Assembly (NCBI GenBank): GCA_038131165.1 | Contig: JAYPOZ010000008.1 | Location: 3,891 to 67,890, forward strand | DNA: 64,000 nt | DNA from: Rickettsiales bacterium | GTDB taxonomy: Bacteria; Pseudomonadota; Alphaproteobacteria; UBA8366 | Reading direction: 5' to 3' | In this document: positions 1-9,137 of the stretch, in pieces | How the letters are laid out: every line of letters begins with the position of its first letter | How positions within the stretch are numbered: position 1 is the first letter of the stretch | Made by a program: the position numbers and the translations under genes | Notes under the pieces: generated by a model | The model's input: the letters and a program-made list of their open reading frames with translations, nothing else | The model's database searches: none | Told to the model about the DNA's origin: nothing

Positions 1-360
1 GAGCCAGCCTGCCAATCCGTCCAGCGCGGGGGCGACGTCATGGGTGATTCCGTTGAAGACACGGAACGCGGACTCCGGGATGGGGCACACCATTGCCGCC
101 ATCGCCGCCTTGCCGAAATATTCGATTCCGGGAGCGCAAACACCGAACCCGACGGTGCCCACCCAATGGGGCACGCCGGTGGTCTGGCGTAGAAAAACCG
201 CAATATCGTTCAGCGAATCCGCGTAATCGTCGGTAACGTAGAGGAATCCCAGGCGGTGGTCCGCGGTGATCGGAGTCAGGTCGAGAATGATCCGCGCCGC
301 CGCGTCCTGCCATTTCGGCGCGCTCGCGTGGGCCACGAGAAAATCTTTACGATCGCTCAC
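1..360 (-). CDS. FIST-domain-like signalling protein, first 120 codons only (the rest lies beyond position 1)
   Basis: Absent from the ORF track because there is no stop inside the window. My minus-strand translation from GTG 358-360 reads VSDRKDFLVAHASAPKWQDAAARIILDLTPITADHRLGFLYVTDDYADSLNDIAVFLRQTTGVPHWVGTVGFGVCAPGIEYFGK..., and the frame stays open to position 1. The GTG overlaps the tesA-like stop (GTGA, 357-360). The FIST assignment comes from remembered family patterns only. Confidence 0.45.
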   Translation of the reverse strand, partial: MSDRKDFLVAHASAPKWQDAAARIILDLTPITADHRLGFLYVTDDYADSLNDIAVFLRQTTGVPHWVGTVGFGVCAPGIEYFGKAAMAAMVCPIPESAFRVFNGITHDVAPALDGLAGWL

Positions 361-1070
361 TTGTCGTCCTTTCCCAGCGCCTTGATGACGAACGGCAGAA
401 TACGCTCGACGATGATTGTAACGCCTTTTGCATTGGGGTGCATGCCGTCTTGCTGGTTGAGGTCCGGATAGGCCGCGACACCGTCGAGGAAGAACGGATA
501 GAATGCGACGCCGTTGCGTTTTGCGATACCCGGAAAAATGCCGTCGAAGGCACGGGCGAAATCCGGACCCAGGTTACGCGGTGCCTTCATGCCGGCGAGA
601 AGGACGGCGGCGCCCGAGTCCTTCAATTTGTCGACGATCAGACTCAAATTCTTTTCCGTGACGCCCGGGTCGACCGCCCGCAAGGCGTCGTTGGCGCCGA
701 GTTCGACGATCGCGAGGTCATAGGGCTTGTCCATCAGCCAATCGAGCCGCTGGAGCGCCCCCGATGTCGTGTCGCCGGACACGCCGGCATTTACGATCTC
801 GGCCGCGATCCCGGAATCGCGCAATGCGGTGGCGAGGCGTGCGGGAAAGGAATCGGCCTGGGACAACCCGTATCCCGCCGTGAGACTGTCGCCGAGAGCC
901 AGGATGCGCAATTGATCCGGTGCCGCCCCAGCGTTCGTACCAAGACCGAGATAGATCGCCGCGCCCACGATAAAGGCGTTGAATCCAAGGAAACCTTGGC
1001 CATATGGACGGAACACTCTACCGATACGTCTGCAGAGTCGCGCCTTAGGTGTCTGGATCGGAACGAACAT
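357..1070 (-). CDS. tesA: SGNH/GDSL hydrolase, TesA-like arylesterase/thioesterase I
   Basis: All four GDSL blocks are present: ILALGDSLTAGYG, NAGVSGDT, ELGANDALR and QQDGMHPN. There is a signal-peptide-like N-terminus, and the gene is divergent from a YbbA/YbbP-type ABC pair as in E. coli. The track ORF 357..1280 is over-extended. ATG 1068-1070 collides with the divergent ABC start, so GTG at 1014-1016 is an equally plausible start. Confidence 0.8.
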   Translation of the reverse strand: MFVPIQTPKARLCRRIGRVFRPYGQGFLGFNAFIVGAAIYLGLGTNAGAAPDQLRILALGDSLTAGYGLSQADSFPARLATALRDSGIAAEIVNAGVSGDTTSGALQRLDWLMDKPYDLAIVELGANDALRAVDPGVTEKNLSLIVDKLKDSGAAVLLAGMKAPRNLGPDFARAFDGIFPGIAKRNGVAFYPFFLDGVAAYPDLNQQDGMHPNAKGVTIIVERILPFVIKALGKDDK

Positions 1071-1788
1071 GAACTCTTCTTTATCAGCTGAAACGATGGT
1101 CCGGCTCCACGGCGTGGAGCTTACACTTAAGAGCGATGCCGGCGAGATCAACATCCTGCGAGGGATCGATCTTTCCGTCGGGCGCGGCGAATCGGTCGGC
1201 GTGGTCGGCCCGTCGGGTTCCGGCAAGACGTCGATGATCATGGTGATCGCGGGATTGGAGCGTATCTCGGCGGGCCGCATCGAGGTCGCCGGCCGCGAGG
1301 TCTCGAGCCTCGATGAGGACGCGCTGGCGGTCTTCCGGCGCGACGAAGTCGGCGTGGTGTTTCAATCCTTCCACCTGATCCCGACCATGACGGCGCAGGA
1401 GAATGTCGCGGTGCCGATGGAATTGGCCGGCCGGGCCGATGCCTTCGTCCGGGCCGCGGAGACATTGGCGGAAGTCGGCCTGGGGGAGCGTCTGCTGCAC
1501 TATCCGGGGCAGTTGTCGGGCGGCGAGCAACAGCGGGTCGCGCTGGCCCGCGCGTTCGCCAGCGAACCGCATCTCCTGCTCGCGGACGAGCCGACGGGCA
1601 ATCTGGACGGCGAGACGGGCGCGCGCATCGTCGAGATGATGTTCGGCCTCGCGGCACGCAACGGCACGACGCTGATGCTGATCACGCACGACCCGGCAAT
1701 TGCCGCCCGGTGCGACCGGATCGTCCGCATGGTGGACGGACAGATCGCCGAAGCGCCGCAAGCGGCCGCTGCCGGGCTCGGCGCATGA
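1069..1788 (+). CDS. ABC transporter ATP-binding protein (YbbA/LolD-like)
   Basis: Walker A GPSGSGKTS, signature LSGGEQQRV and Walker B LLLADEPTGNLD are present. I chose the internal ATG at 1069 of track ORF 979..1788. Its stop overlaps the next start (ATGA at 1785). Confidence 0.9.
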   Translation: MNSSLSAETMVRLHGVELTLKSDAGEINILRGIDLSVGRGESVGVVGPSGSGKTSMIMVIAGLERISAGRIEVAGREVSSLDEDALAVFRRDEVGVVFQSFHLIPTMTAQENVAVPMELAGRADAFVRAAETLAEVGLGERLLHYPGQLSGGEQQRVALARAFASEPHLLLADEPTGNLDGETGARIVEMMFGLAARNGTTLMLITHDPAIAARCDRIVRMVDGQIAEAPQAAAAGLGA

Positions 1789-4313
1789 GCGATTGGGCGA
1801 TCGCGGCCCGGTTTGCCGTGCGGGAGCTGCGCGCGGGCGTGCGCGGATTTCGCGTTCTCATCGCCTGCCTGGCGCTGGGAGTCGCGTCGGTCGCCGGGGT
1901 TGGCTCCGTCTCTTCGGCGTTGAAGGCGGGCCTGAAATCCGAGGGCCGGGTTCTGCTCGGCGGCGATGTCGATCTGGCCTTCACCCACCGCCACGCCTCG
2001 GCGGAGCAGCTCGAATGGCTGCGCGCCAACACAGCCTCGATTTCCGAGATCACCGAATTGCGGACCATGGCGCGGCGGATCGGCGGGGGCCAACAGCGTC
2101 TCGTGGAGTTGAAAGGCGTCGACGGGAACTATCCCCTCTATGGCGGGCTGAAACTGCGGGGCGACGCCTCGCTCGCGAGCCTCTTGAAGCGGGACGGGCC
2201 GACATGGGGTGCGGCGGTCGATCCGCGCGTCCTGGATCATCTCGATCTTCGGCTCGGCGATCAATTCACCGTCGGCGACAGCCGGTTCACCGTCGCGGGG
2301 ATCATCGAGCGCGAACCGGATCGCGGCACCCGGGCATTCAGATTGGGCCCGCGCGTCATCGTCTCGAGCGACGCGCTGGCGGAGACCGGCCTCATTCAGC
2401 CGGGCAGCCTGATCCGCTATCACTACCGGCTGGCCTTGCCCGAGGGCGCGAATCTGCGGGCGTGGCGCAGTCAATTGGAGACGCGTTTCGCCGGCGCCGG
2501 ATGGCGGGTCCGGGATGTCGAGAATGCGGCACCCGGCATTCAGCGCTTCGTCGACAGGGTGGCGCTGTTCCTCTCCCTGATCGGGTTGACGGCGCTGCTG
2601 GTAGGCGGCGTCGGTGTCGCCAATGCGGTCCGCTCGTTCATGGAAACGCGGGTCCGCTCGATTGCGACCCTGAAATGCCTGGGCGCGTCGCGGGGCCTGA
2701 TCTTTCGAATATATGCGCTGCAGGTGGCCGCGATGGCCCTGGTCGGCGTGACCATCGGGCTCGTCGTCGGCATTGTGATGCCGTTGCTCGTCGCTCCCCT
2801 GCTCGAAGGGCGCTTGCCGGTGACGGGGCAGTTCGGGGTCTATCCGATACCGCTGTTGACCGCCGGCGCCTTCGGCCTTCTGGTGGCGGCGATCTTTACA
2901 CTCTGGCCCCTGGGTCTGGCGGGAGAAGTCCGGGCGACGGCGCTCTTCCGATCCGCCGGCGAGGGTTTGTCGGGACGGCCGTCGCGCGCCATCCTCGGCG
3001 CGATCGCGGTGCTGTCCGGGCTGATCGCCGTGCTGGCGGTCGCGACCGCGGTGCGGCCCGGCATGGCATTCGGATATATCGTCGGCGCCATCGTCGTCTT
3101 CGCGCTCTTCCGCCTCGTGGGGAGCGGCGTCGTGCGGGGGTTGCGGCAATTGCCGCGGCTGCGCCAACCCTTGCTGCGGCTGGCGCTCTCGAACCTCCAT
3201 CGGCCCGGCGCGCCGACGACCGCGGCGCTCCTGTCGCTCGGGCTCGGGCTGACGGTCCTCGTCGCCGTCGCCTTGTTGGAGCATAATCTCGAACGTCAGA
3301 TCGGGCAGGTGCTGCCGGAAGAAGCGCCCGGATATTATTTCATCGACATTCAACCCGCCGATGCGGCGGCCTTCGAGAAACTGGTGGGCGCCCATCCGGG
3401 GGTCGGCGTCACCCAGAGCGTCCCGATGCTGCGCGGCCGGATTACCCGAATGAACGGCACGCCGGTCGCGGAGATTACGCCGCCGCCGGATTTCGCGTGG
3501 ATTTTGCGCGGCGACCGCGGCTTGACCTGGTCCCGCCAGCCGCCCGATGCGGGCAGCCGCATTACCGACGGCGAATGGTGGCCCGCCGACTATACGGGCG
3601 CGCCGCTGGTCTCCTTCGATGCGCGGGCGGCGAAGGCGTTCGGGCTGGAGGTCGGCGACAGCCTGACCGTCAATGTCCTGGGCAAGGAGGTCTCGGCGCG
3701 GATCGCCAATCTGCGGCTGATCGATTGGACCAGTCTCGGCATCAATTTCGTCATGGTTTTCTCGCCGGGCATGCTCGAAGCCGCGCCGCAAAGCCAGATC
3801 ATGACCGTCCAGATCGCGCCGGATCAGGAACTGGCCTTGGAGCGGGCCGTGGCGAAGGCGTTTCCGCACGTCACCGCGATCCGCGTGAAAGAGGTGTTGG
3901 AGGACGTCAACGAAGTGCTCGGCAATCTTGGGATCGCGGTGCGCGGGATCGCGGCCATCGCCATTTTCGCGGGGATTCTTGTGCTCGGCGGCTGCATCGC
4001 CGCGGATCACCGCCGCCGGGTCTACGATGCGGTCGTCCTCAAGGTGCTCGGGGCGACGCGGCGGCGTATTTTTCTCGCGTTCCTGGCGGAATCCGGATTG
4101 TTGGGGGTGCTCGCCTCGGCCATCGCGGCGGCGGTGGGAACCGTGGTTGCCTGGGGTGTCGTCGTCCACGTGATGAACATGCGCTGGGATTTTGCGCTCG
4201 CGCCGGTATTGTGGACGCTGGCGGTCGCGGTCCTGATCACCTTAGTGCTGGGATTCGCCGGGACCTGGCGTGCTTTGGCGCTGAAAGCGGCGCCGCTTTT
4301 GCGCAACGATTGA
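1785..4313 (+). CDS. ABC transporter permease, duplicated FtsX/MacB-type (YbbP-like)
   Basis: About 840 aa with two FtsX-like hydrophobic blocks. It is translationally coupled to the ATPase. The start is the internal ATG of track ORF 1710..4313. Confidence 0.85.
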   Translation: MSDWAIAARFAVRELRAGVRGFRVLIACLALGVASVAGVGSVSSALKAGLKSEGRVLLGGDVDLAFTHRHASAEQLEWLRANTASISEITELRTMARRIGGGQQRLVELKGVDGNYPLYGGLKLRGDASLASLLKRDGPTWGAAVDPRVLDHLDLRLGDQFTVGDSRFTVAGIIEREPDRGTRAFRLGPRVIVSSDALAETGLIQPGSLIRYHYRLALPEGANLRAWRSQLETRFAGAGWRVRDVENAAPGIQRFVDRVALFLSLIGLTALLVGGVGVANAVRSFMETRVRSIATLKCLGASRGLIFRIYALQVAAMALVGVTIGLVVGIVMPLLVAPLLEGRLPVTGQFGVYPIPLLTAGAFGLLVAAIFTLWPLGLAGEVRATALFRSAGEGLSGRPSRAILGAIAVLSGLIAVLAVATAVRPGMAFGYIVGAIVVFALFRLVGSGVVRGLRQLPRLRQPLLRLALSNLHRPGAPTTAALLSLGLGLTVLVAVALLEHNLERQIGQVLPEEAPGYYFIDIQPADAAAFEKLVGAHPGVGVTQSVPMLRGRITRMNGTPVAEITPPPDFAWILRGDRGLTWSRQPPDAGSRITDGEWWPADYTGAPLVSFDARAAKAFGLEVGDSLTVNVLGKEVSARIANLRLIDWTSLGINFVMVFSPGMLEAAPQSQIMTVQIAPDQELALERAVAKAFPHVTAIRVKEVLEDVNEVLGNLGIAVRGIAAIAIFAGILVLGGCIAADHRRRVYDAVVLKVLGATRRRIFLAFLAESGLLGVLASAIAAAVGTVVAWGVVVHVMNMRWDFALAPVLWTLAVAVLITLVLGFAGTWRALALKAAPLLRND

Positions 4314-4392
4314 TTTAGGAAATTGTTGCAATCGGGCGTCGGCATTCCAATATTCAGGCCAAGTGACGTCTTGTAACTGGGGGTAACTTGAG

Positions 4393-5118
4393 ATGGCTTT
4401 CGATCCGCGTAACAGAACGATGGCGCAAACGGCGGGACGAGTCGGCACAAACGCCGATATCGACGTCGGACTGCGCAGCTATATGCTGAATGTTTACAAC
4501 TACATGGCACTTGGCGTCGCCTTCACGGGCATCATCGCCATGGTCGTGGCGTTGAATCCGGCGATCATGCAGGCCGTGGCGCTCGGGCCGATGAAATGGG
4601 TGTTGTTTGCCGGAATCCTCGGTCTCGGTTTCTTTTCCGGAAAGATCATGTTCAGTGCCAGCCCGGCGATGGCGCAGGGCGCCTTCTGGCTCTACGCGGC
4701 CATGTGGGGTGCTTTGATGGCGCCGATGTTCATGGTGTACACCGGCGAAAGCATCGTGCGCGTGTTCTTCATCACGGCGGCGGCCTTCGGCGGCACCAGC
4801 CTCTACGGCTACACGACCAAGAAGGACCTGACGACCATGGGACGGTTCCTGTCCATGGCGACCATCGGTATCCTGGTCGCGGTCGTCGTGAACCTCTTCA
4901 TGCAGAGCGCGATGTTCCACCTCTTCCTGTCGGTCGTCGTGGTCCTGGTTTTCGCCGGGCTCACCGCCTACGAGACCCAGAACATCAAGGAAGCCTATTA
5001 CGAAGGCGACACCAGCGACTTGCAAAACCGCAAGGCGATCTTCGGCGCCTTCATTCTCTACGGCAGCTTCGTGACGATGTTCATCTGGTTGCTGTCGATC
5101 TTCGGCAGCCGCGAATAG
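4393..5118 (+). CDS. Bax inhibitor-1/YccA family membrane protein
   Basis: 241 aa and multi-TM. The N-terminal pattern GLRSYMLNVYNYMALGVAFTG is typical of the BI-1/YccA family. Confidence 0.85.
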   Translation: MAFDPRNRTMAQTAGRVGTNADIDVGLRSYMLNVYNYMALGVAFTGIIAMVVALNPAIMQAVALGPMKWVLFAGILGLGFFSGKIMFSASPAMAQGAFWLYAAMWGALMAPMFMVYTGESIVRVFFITAAAFGGTSLYGYTTKKDLTTMGRFLSMATIGILVAVVVNLFMQSAMFHLFLSVVVVLVFAGLTAYETQNIKEAYYEGDTSDLQNRKAIFGAFILYGSFVTMFIWLLSIFGSRE

Positions 5119-5142
5119 GGTTGCGAATTCGGATGCGCAACG

Positions 5143-5174
5143 CCGCCCGGGCTCGTCCCGGGCGGTTTCGTTTT
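5143..5174 (+). terminator. Rho-independent terminator after the BI-1 gene
   Basis: CCGCCCGGG-ctcgt-CCCGGGCGG followed by TTTCGTTTT. Indexing was checked against the BI-1 stop at 5116-5118. Confidence 0.65.
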
Positions 5175-5200
5175 GGGGAATGGCGCGCCATGGTCCCGGC

Positions 5201-5929
5201 ATGATCCTGCTCTATACCGATTTCGGTTATGACGGCCCCTATGTCGGCCAGATGAAAACCGTGCTGCACCGGATGGCGCCGGGCGTGCCGGTCGTGGACA
5301 TCATGCACGACGCGCCGGTCTGGGACCCCAGGCGCGCGGCCTATCTTCTCGCCGCCCTGGCACGGGAAAGCGAGGCCGGCGATGTCTGGCTCTGCGTCGT
5401 CGATCCCGGCGTCGGAGGAGAGCGCTTGGCCCTGATGCTGGAATGCGACGGTGTCAGTTTCGTCGGGCCCGACAACGGCCTCTTCGAGCTGATCTACCGG
5501 CGCCTGCCCGGCGCCCGCCGCAAAGCCATCGAGTGGCGGCCCGCGGCGCTGTCCGCGACGTTTCATGGGCGCGACCTGTTTGCCCCGGTCGCGGCCATGG
5601 CCGCCTCTGGCGCCGAGGTTCCGGGGCGCTATCTCGCGCCGACCGCCGAGCGCCCGGGCGCGGAGTGGCCCGACGATCTGGCGGAGATCGTCTATATCGA
5701 CGCCTACGGCAATCTCGTCACCGGGATTGCGGGCTCGGCGCTCGGCGACAACCGAACAATCCGCATCGCGTCGCAGGAACTGGCGCACGCGGGTACTTTC
5801 TCCGCGGTCGCGCCGGGGGCGCTGTTCTGGTACCGCAATTCGAGCGGGCTGATCGAGATCTCCGCCAACCAGGCCCGCGCGGACGCGCTTCTGGGTGCCG
5901 CCATAGGCGCGGCGGTGGAAGTGATCTGA
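5201..5929 (+). CDS. SAM hydroxide adenosyltransferase / SAM hydrolase (DUF62 family)
   Basis: MILLYTDFGYDGPYVGQMK..., GPDNGLF and FHGRDLFAPVAA are present. ATG 5201 is preferred over 5180 because 5180 lies only 6 nt after the terminator. Confidence 0.8.
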   Translation: MILLYTDFGYDGPYVGQMKTVLHRMAPGVPVVDIMHDAPVWDPRRAAYLLAALARESEAGDVWLCVVDPGVGGERLALMLECDGVSFVGPDNGLFELIYRRLPGARRKAIEWRPAALSATFHGRDLFAPVAAMAASGAEVPGRYLAPTAERPGAEWPDDLAEIVYIDAYGNLVTGIAGSALGDNRTIRIASQELAHAGTFSAVAPGALFWYRNSSGLIEISANQARADALLGAAIGAAVEVI

Positions 5930-5953
5930 GAGGGAATCGTCCGAGGGGGGAGG

Positions 5954-6029
<76 letters not shown>

Positions 6030-6238
6030 ATTGACCGCGACAGTATAGCGCCATCGCGACGCGCGCGCGACCATATGCTTGAGGGCGGAAAGACGCAAGA
6101 TTCTAGTGGGCGAAAATGTGACGAAAAAATCTGCTCTCCTGTGACGCGGATCACTGCCGCCCGCATCGCTCGCGCGTATTCTGGGATTACTGGAACGGGG
6201 CCTCCAAACTGATCAGACACATCCTCCCTCCCGTTTCG

Positions 6239-6279
6239 AGCCGGCTTCAGATTGACGAGGCCGGCTTCTTTCTTTTGCG
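6239..6279 (+). terminator. Terminator-like hairpin oriented for the + strand
   Basis: AGCCGGC-N14-GCCGGCT followed by TCTTTCTTTTGCG. The U-tract exists only on the + strand, yet no + strand gene ends here. Confidence 0.35.
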
Positions 6280-8148
6280 TCAGGTTTTCTTCGGCTGCGC
6301 GGCCAGCAGGAAGGTCTGCGCTTCGGCGAGGAAGACCGGGTCGTCGAAGATGGCGTCGGCACCCGCCGCGATCCGGGCTTCGATCTCCCGACGAAACGCG
6401 GAATCGGTGCCGAGGCAAAGCGCGATGCGGGCAAAATCGGCGGCATCCTGGGCGACGCAATCCATGACTCTCATATGGCGGTAGATCGCCAGGCTTAGGC
6501 GGCCGCGCAAATAATCGCCGGGCAAAGTGACGACCGGCGTGCCCATGGCCAGCGATTGGTAGGTGGTATTGCCGCCGCAAAACGGAAAACTGTCGAGGCT
6601 GACGTCCGACAAGGCCAGCAGGCGCATGTAATTCTCATGGGATTGCCGTGGCAGAACGACGATCCGGTCCGCGAGATTCCCGAGAGTTCTGCGAAAGCGT
6701 TCGAGCAGGATGCCGCTCCAGTTCCGGTCCTGTCCTTCCAGCAGCAGGACGAGGGCGCGCGGGTCGCGGCGCAGGATCTCGCCGAGCGGCGCATCCATAT
6801 CGGGGTGAATCTTGAAGAGATTCTGGGCCAGGAAATAGATCGTGGCCGCCTCCGGCAGGCCGAAGTCGGCCCGCGTGCCGAGCGGGTCCGGTCGCGCCGG
6901 CCGGCGGTAGGAGAACGGCAGGCCCCCCAGGCGGACCAGCGTCTCGCTGTAATGCGCCTCGGCGCCTTCCGGCTCCGCCGCGTCGCAGGAGAGGTAATAG
7001 TCGATTGTCGGCATGCCGGTCGTCACCGGATGGCCCCAGGTGGCGCATTGGACCGGCGCCAGGCGCGCCTGCGCAAGGTAATATGTGACCGGGTCCATGC
7101 CGATGTCGGGGTAGAACAGAACATCGAGCTCGGCCGCCGCGATGGCCTCGCGCGCTTTCTGCAAATCTCCGGGCAGGACGGTGGTTTTTTCGGCGAGGGT
7201 CTCGATTTCGCGGCGCAGATCGTCGTCCTGCGGCGGCACGGCATGGAACAGGAAAATCCGGCAATCGTCGCGTCCCCGCATATGCGCGAGCAGGCCGACC
7301 ATCAACCGGCCGATCGAATGATTGTGCAGGAACCGCGACGCAATCCCGATACGGCGCGGGGTCGCGAGGGGCCGGGCGGTCCGGCAATGCGGCGCGGTCC
7401 ACGACAGGGAGGGACACGCGGTTCGAAGCAGCCGTGCCATGCCCTCCTGCAAGGGTCTGTCGTCCAATCCGTGATACGCCATGAAGAAGCGGTTTCCGCC
7501 GGCCTCGCGAATGGGATCGCCGACGGTAGGCGGCGACTCGAGAAAGCGTTCGAGAGTTCGGGTATACTCGGCGCGGGCGGCGGCATAGGTCTCCGCGGAG
7601 GTGGCGATGATGGGGACCTGCAAATCCCGCCGCAGGACGAAGCCGGCGGGCGCCCCCAGCGTCATGGCCTCGTCATAGGCCTCGGCGGAATCCTCGTACT
7701 CGCCGCGCGCTTCATGCAGGGCGCCGCGATAGAGATGCGGATCGATCCAGTTCGCCCGGTGCTGTCCGGCGGCGCGGTAATGCGCGATGGCGCCGCTGGC
7801 GGTGCCGCGCTTCTCGAGCAGCCGAGCCAGGCCGAAATGCCCCTCCGCGTGATCCGGCTGGAGCGCGATCGCGGCCCGATACGCCGTGATCGCGGCTTCG
7901 TTCTGCCCGGCTGCTTCAAGCGCCGCCGCAAGCCCGAAGCAGGGTGCCGCCCAGTCCGGTTTCAGTTGCGCGGCCTTTGCGAAGGCGCGGATGGCCTCGT
8001 CGAAGCGGCCGGCCGCGGCCGCCGCCTCGCCCAACCGGTGCTGGCACGCAGCGTCCTCCGGCGCCGCCTCGGCTGCGGCGCGCGCGGCGGAAAACTCCGG
8101 AGTCTGCGTTCTGTCATCGGGGCCGCTCATGGCTCTAAGCGATACCAT
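6280..8148 (-). CDS. TPR-repeat protein with C-terminal GT41 (OGT/SPINDLY-like) glycosyltransferase domain
   Basis: The N-terminal ~170 aa are TPR-like (AAxxxP..A..xLG repeats). The C-terminal part carries WGHPVTTGMPTIDYYLS, FGLP...IYFLAQNLFKIHP and GGNTTYQSLAMGTPVVTL, typical of COG3914-type proteins. Confidence 0.8.
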   Translation of the reverse strand: MVSLRAMSGPDDRTQTPEFSAARAAAEAAPEDAACQHRLGEAAAAAGRFDEAIRAFAKAAQLKPDWAAPCFGLAAALEAAGQNEAAITAYRAAIALQPDHAEGHFGLARLLEKRGTASGAIAHYRAAGQHRANWIDPHLYRGALHEARGEYEDSAEAYDEAMTLGAPAGFVLRRDLQVPIIATSAETYAAARAEYTRTLERFLESPPTVGDPIREAGGNRFFMAYHGLDDRPLQEGMARLLRTACPSLSWTAPHCRTARPLATPRRIGIASRFLHNHSIGRLMVGLLAHMRGRDDCRIFLFHAVPPQDDDLRREIETLAEKTTVLPGDLQKAREAIAAAELDVLFYPDIGMDPVTYYLAQARLAPVQCATWGHPVTTGMPTIDYYLSCDAAEPEGAEAHYSETLVRLGGLPFSYRRPARPDPLGTRADFGLPEAATIYFLAQNLFKIHPDMDAPLGEILRRDPRALVLLLEGQDRNWSGILLERFRRTLGNLADRIVVLPRQSHENYMRLLALSDVSLDSFPFCGGNTTYQSLAMGTPVVTLPGDYLRGRLSLAIYRHMRVMDCVAQDAADFARIALCLGTDSAFRREIEARIAAGADAIFDDPVFLAEAQTFLLAAQPKKT

Positions 8149-8261
8149 TGTATCTTCCCAGTCCCCAGTAAATTTCGGATTGCCCCGCGTCTTAAGATTG
8201 CAAATGGAGCAAGGATTGCGTAACCATCCCGCTTCAAAGTGACCGAACCCTCCAAGGCAAG

Positions 8262-9137
8262 ATGAAAAACCCCGTCGGAAACACGGCCGAAGATGCTCAG
8301 CGACACTTCCGCGCCGCCATGGCGGGCGGGTCGCAGGTCGTGCTCTCGCCGGTTTCCGCGTCGACGTCGAACTACGTCTATCTGACCGATACGGGCTGTA
8401 TCGTCAGGTTCCCCCATAACGACTGGGTGCGGGAAGGGTTCTACCGGGAACGAAAGCTGCTCGATCTTCTCGATGGCCGCCTCGGCATCGCCATTCCGCG
8501 CATCGCGCATTTCAACGAGTCGCCCGTCTTCATGAGCTACAAGGCGATCGACGGGATGGTGGCGTCGCGCGACGTCGTCAGCACGCTCGACTCGAAGCGG
8601 CGCGCACGGTTCGGCGCGACGCTGGGGGATTTCATGGCGCGCCTGCATGGCGAACCGCTGGAGCGCTACGACTTCCTGCCGCGGCACTACGGCGAAGACC
8701 TGCTCCGGCAATTGCGGGAGAACGCCGAGACGATCGGAAGGCGCGATCCGGAAGGCCGTGTCGGCGGCCTCCTCGCGGAATCCCTCGAAGCCTGGGAAGA
8801 GGTCCGCAACGGCGACGATCACAATGTGCTGTTGCATCAGGACCTGCACGGCCAGAACCTGATCTGCAATCCCGATACGGGAGACCTGGTTGGCGTGCTC
8901 GATTTCACGCTGGCCTGGATCGGCGATCCGCTATGGGACTTCCCGGAGGTCTATCGCTGCGGCGCCGATATTCTCGAGCATACGGTGGCCGTGTATACGG
9001 CGCAGAGCGGCAGGCACATCAATACCGAAGCCGTGAAGATCATTTCCCGTCTTCAGTTGATGCGCAGCCTGGACCGCGCCCAATGCGGCAGCGCGCGCGA
9101 AGCGCAGGTGCTGGAGCGGATTCGGGCCCACCCCTAG
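8262..9137 (+). CDS. APH-fold phosphotransferase family protein
   Basis: The catalytic loop LLHQDLHGQNLI and the metal-binding VLDFTLAWIGDPLWDF motif are present. Confidence 0.75.
   Translation: MKNPVGNTAEDAQRHFRAAMAGGSQVVLSPVSASTSNYVYLTDTGCIVRFPHNDWVREGFYRERKLLDLLDGRLGIAIPRIAHFNESPVFMSYKAIDGMVASRDVVSTLDSKRRARFGATLGDFMARLHGEPLERYDFLPRHYGEDLLRQLRENAETIGRRDPEGRVGGLLAESLEAWEEVRNGDDHNVLLHQDLHGQNLICNPDTGDLVGVLDFTLAWIGDPLWDFPEVYRCGADILEHTVAVYTAQSGRHINTEAVKIISRLQLMRSLDRAQCGSAREAQVLERIRAHP

Noticed and set aside
38-313. Track ORF 38..313(-) at the left edge.
   Set aside because: A different minus-strand frame (codons ending at 360) gives a plausible FIST-like N-terminus with a GTGA junction to the tesA-like gene. 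The 38..313 product is Arg/Gly/Pro-rich noise.
1500-4169. Very long antisense or off-frame ORFs in the track, for example 1500..4169(-) 889 aa, 17651..19885(-) 744 aa, 26383..28563(+) 726 aa, 46543..48198(+) 551 aa, 48724..50787(-) 687 aa, 31393..32964(-) 523 aa and 54003..55607(-) 534 aa.
   Set aside because: They are Arg/Pro/Gly/His-rich and low in complexity, have no recognisable motifs, and each lies opposite or out of frame to a gene with clear family signatures. This is the usual high-GC artefact of stop-poor alternative frames.
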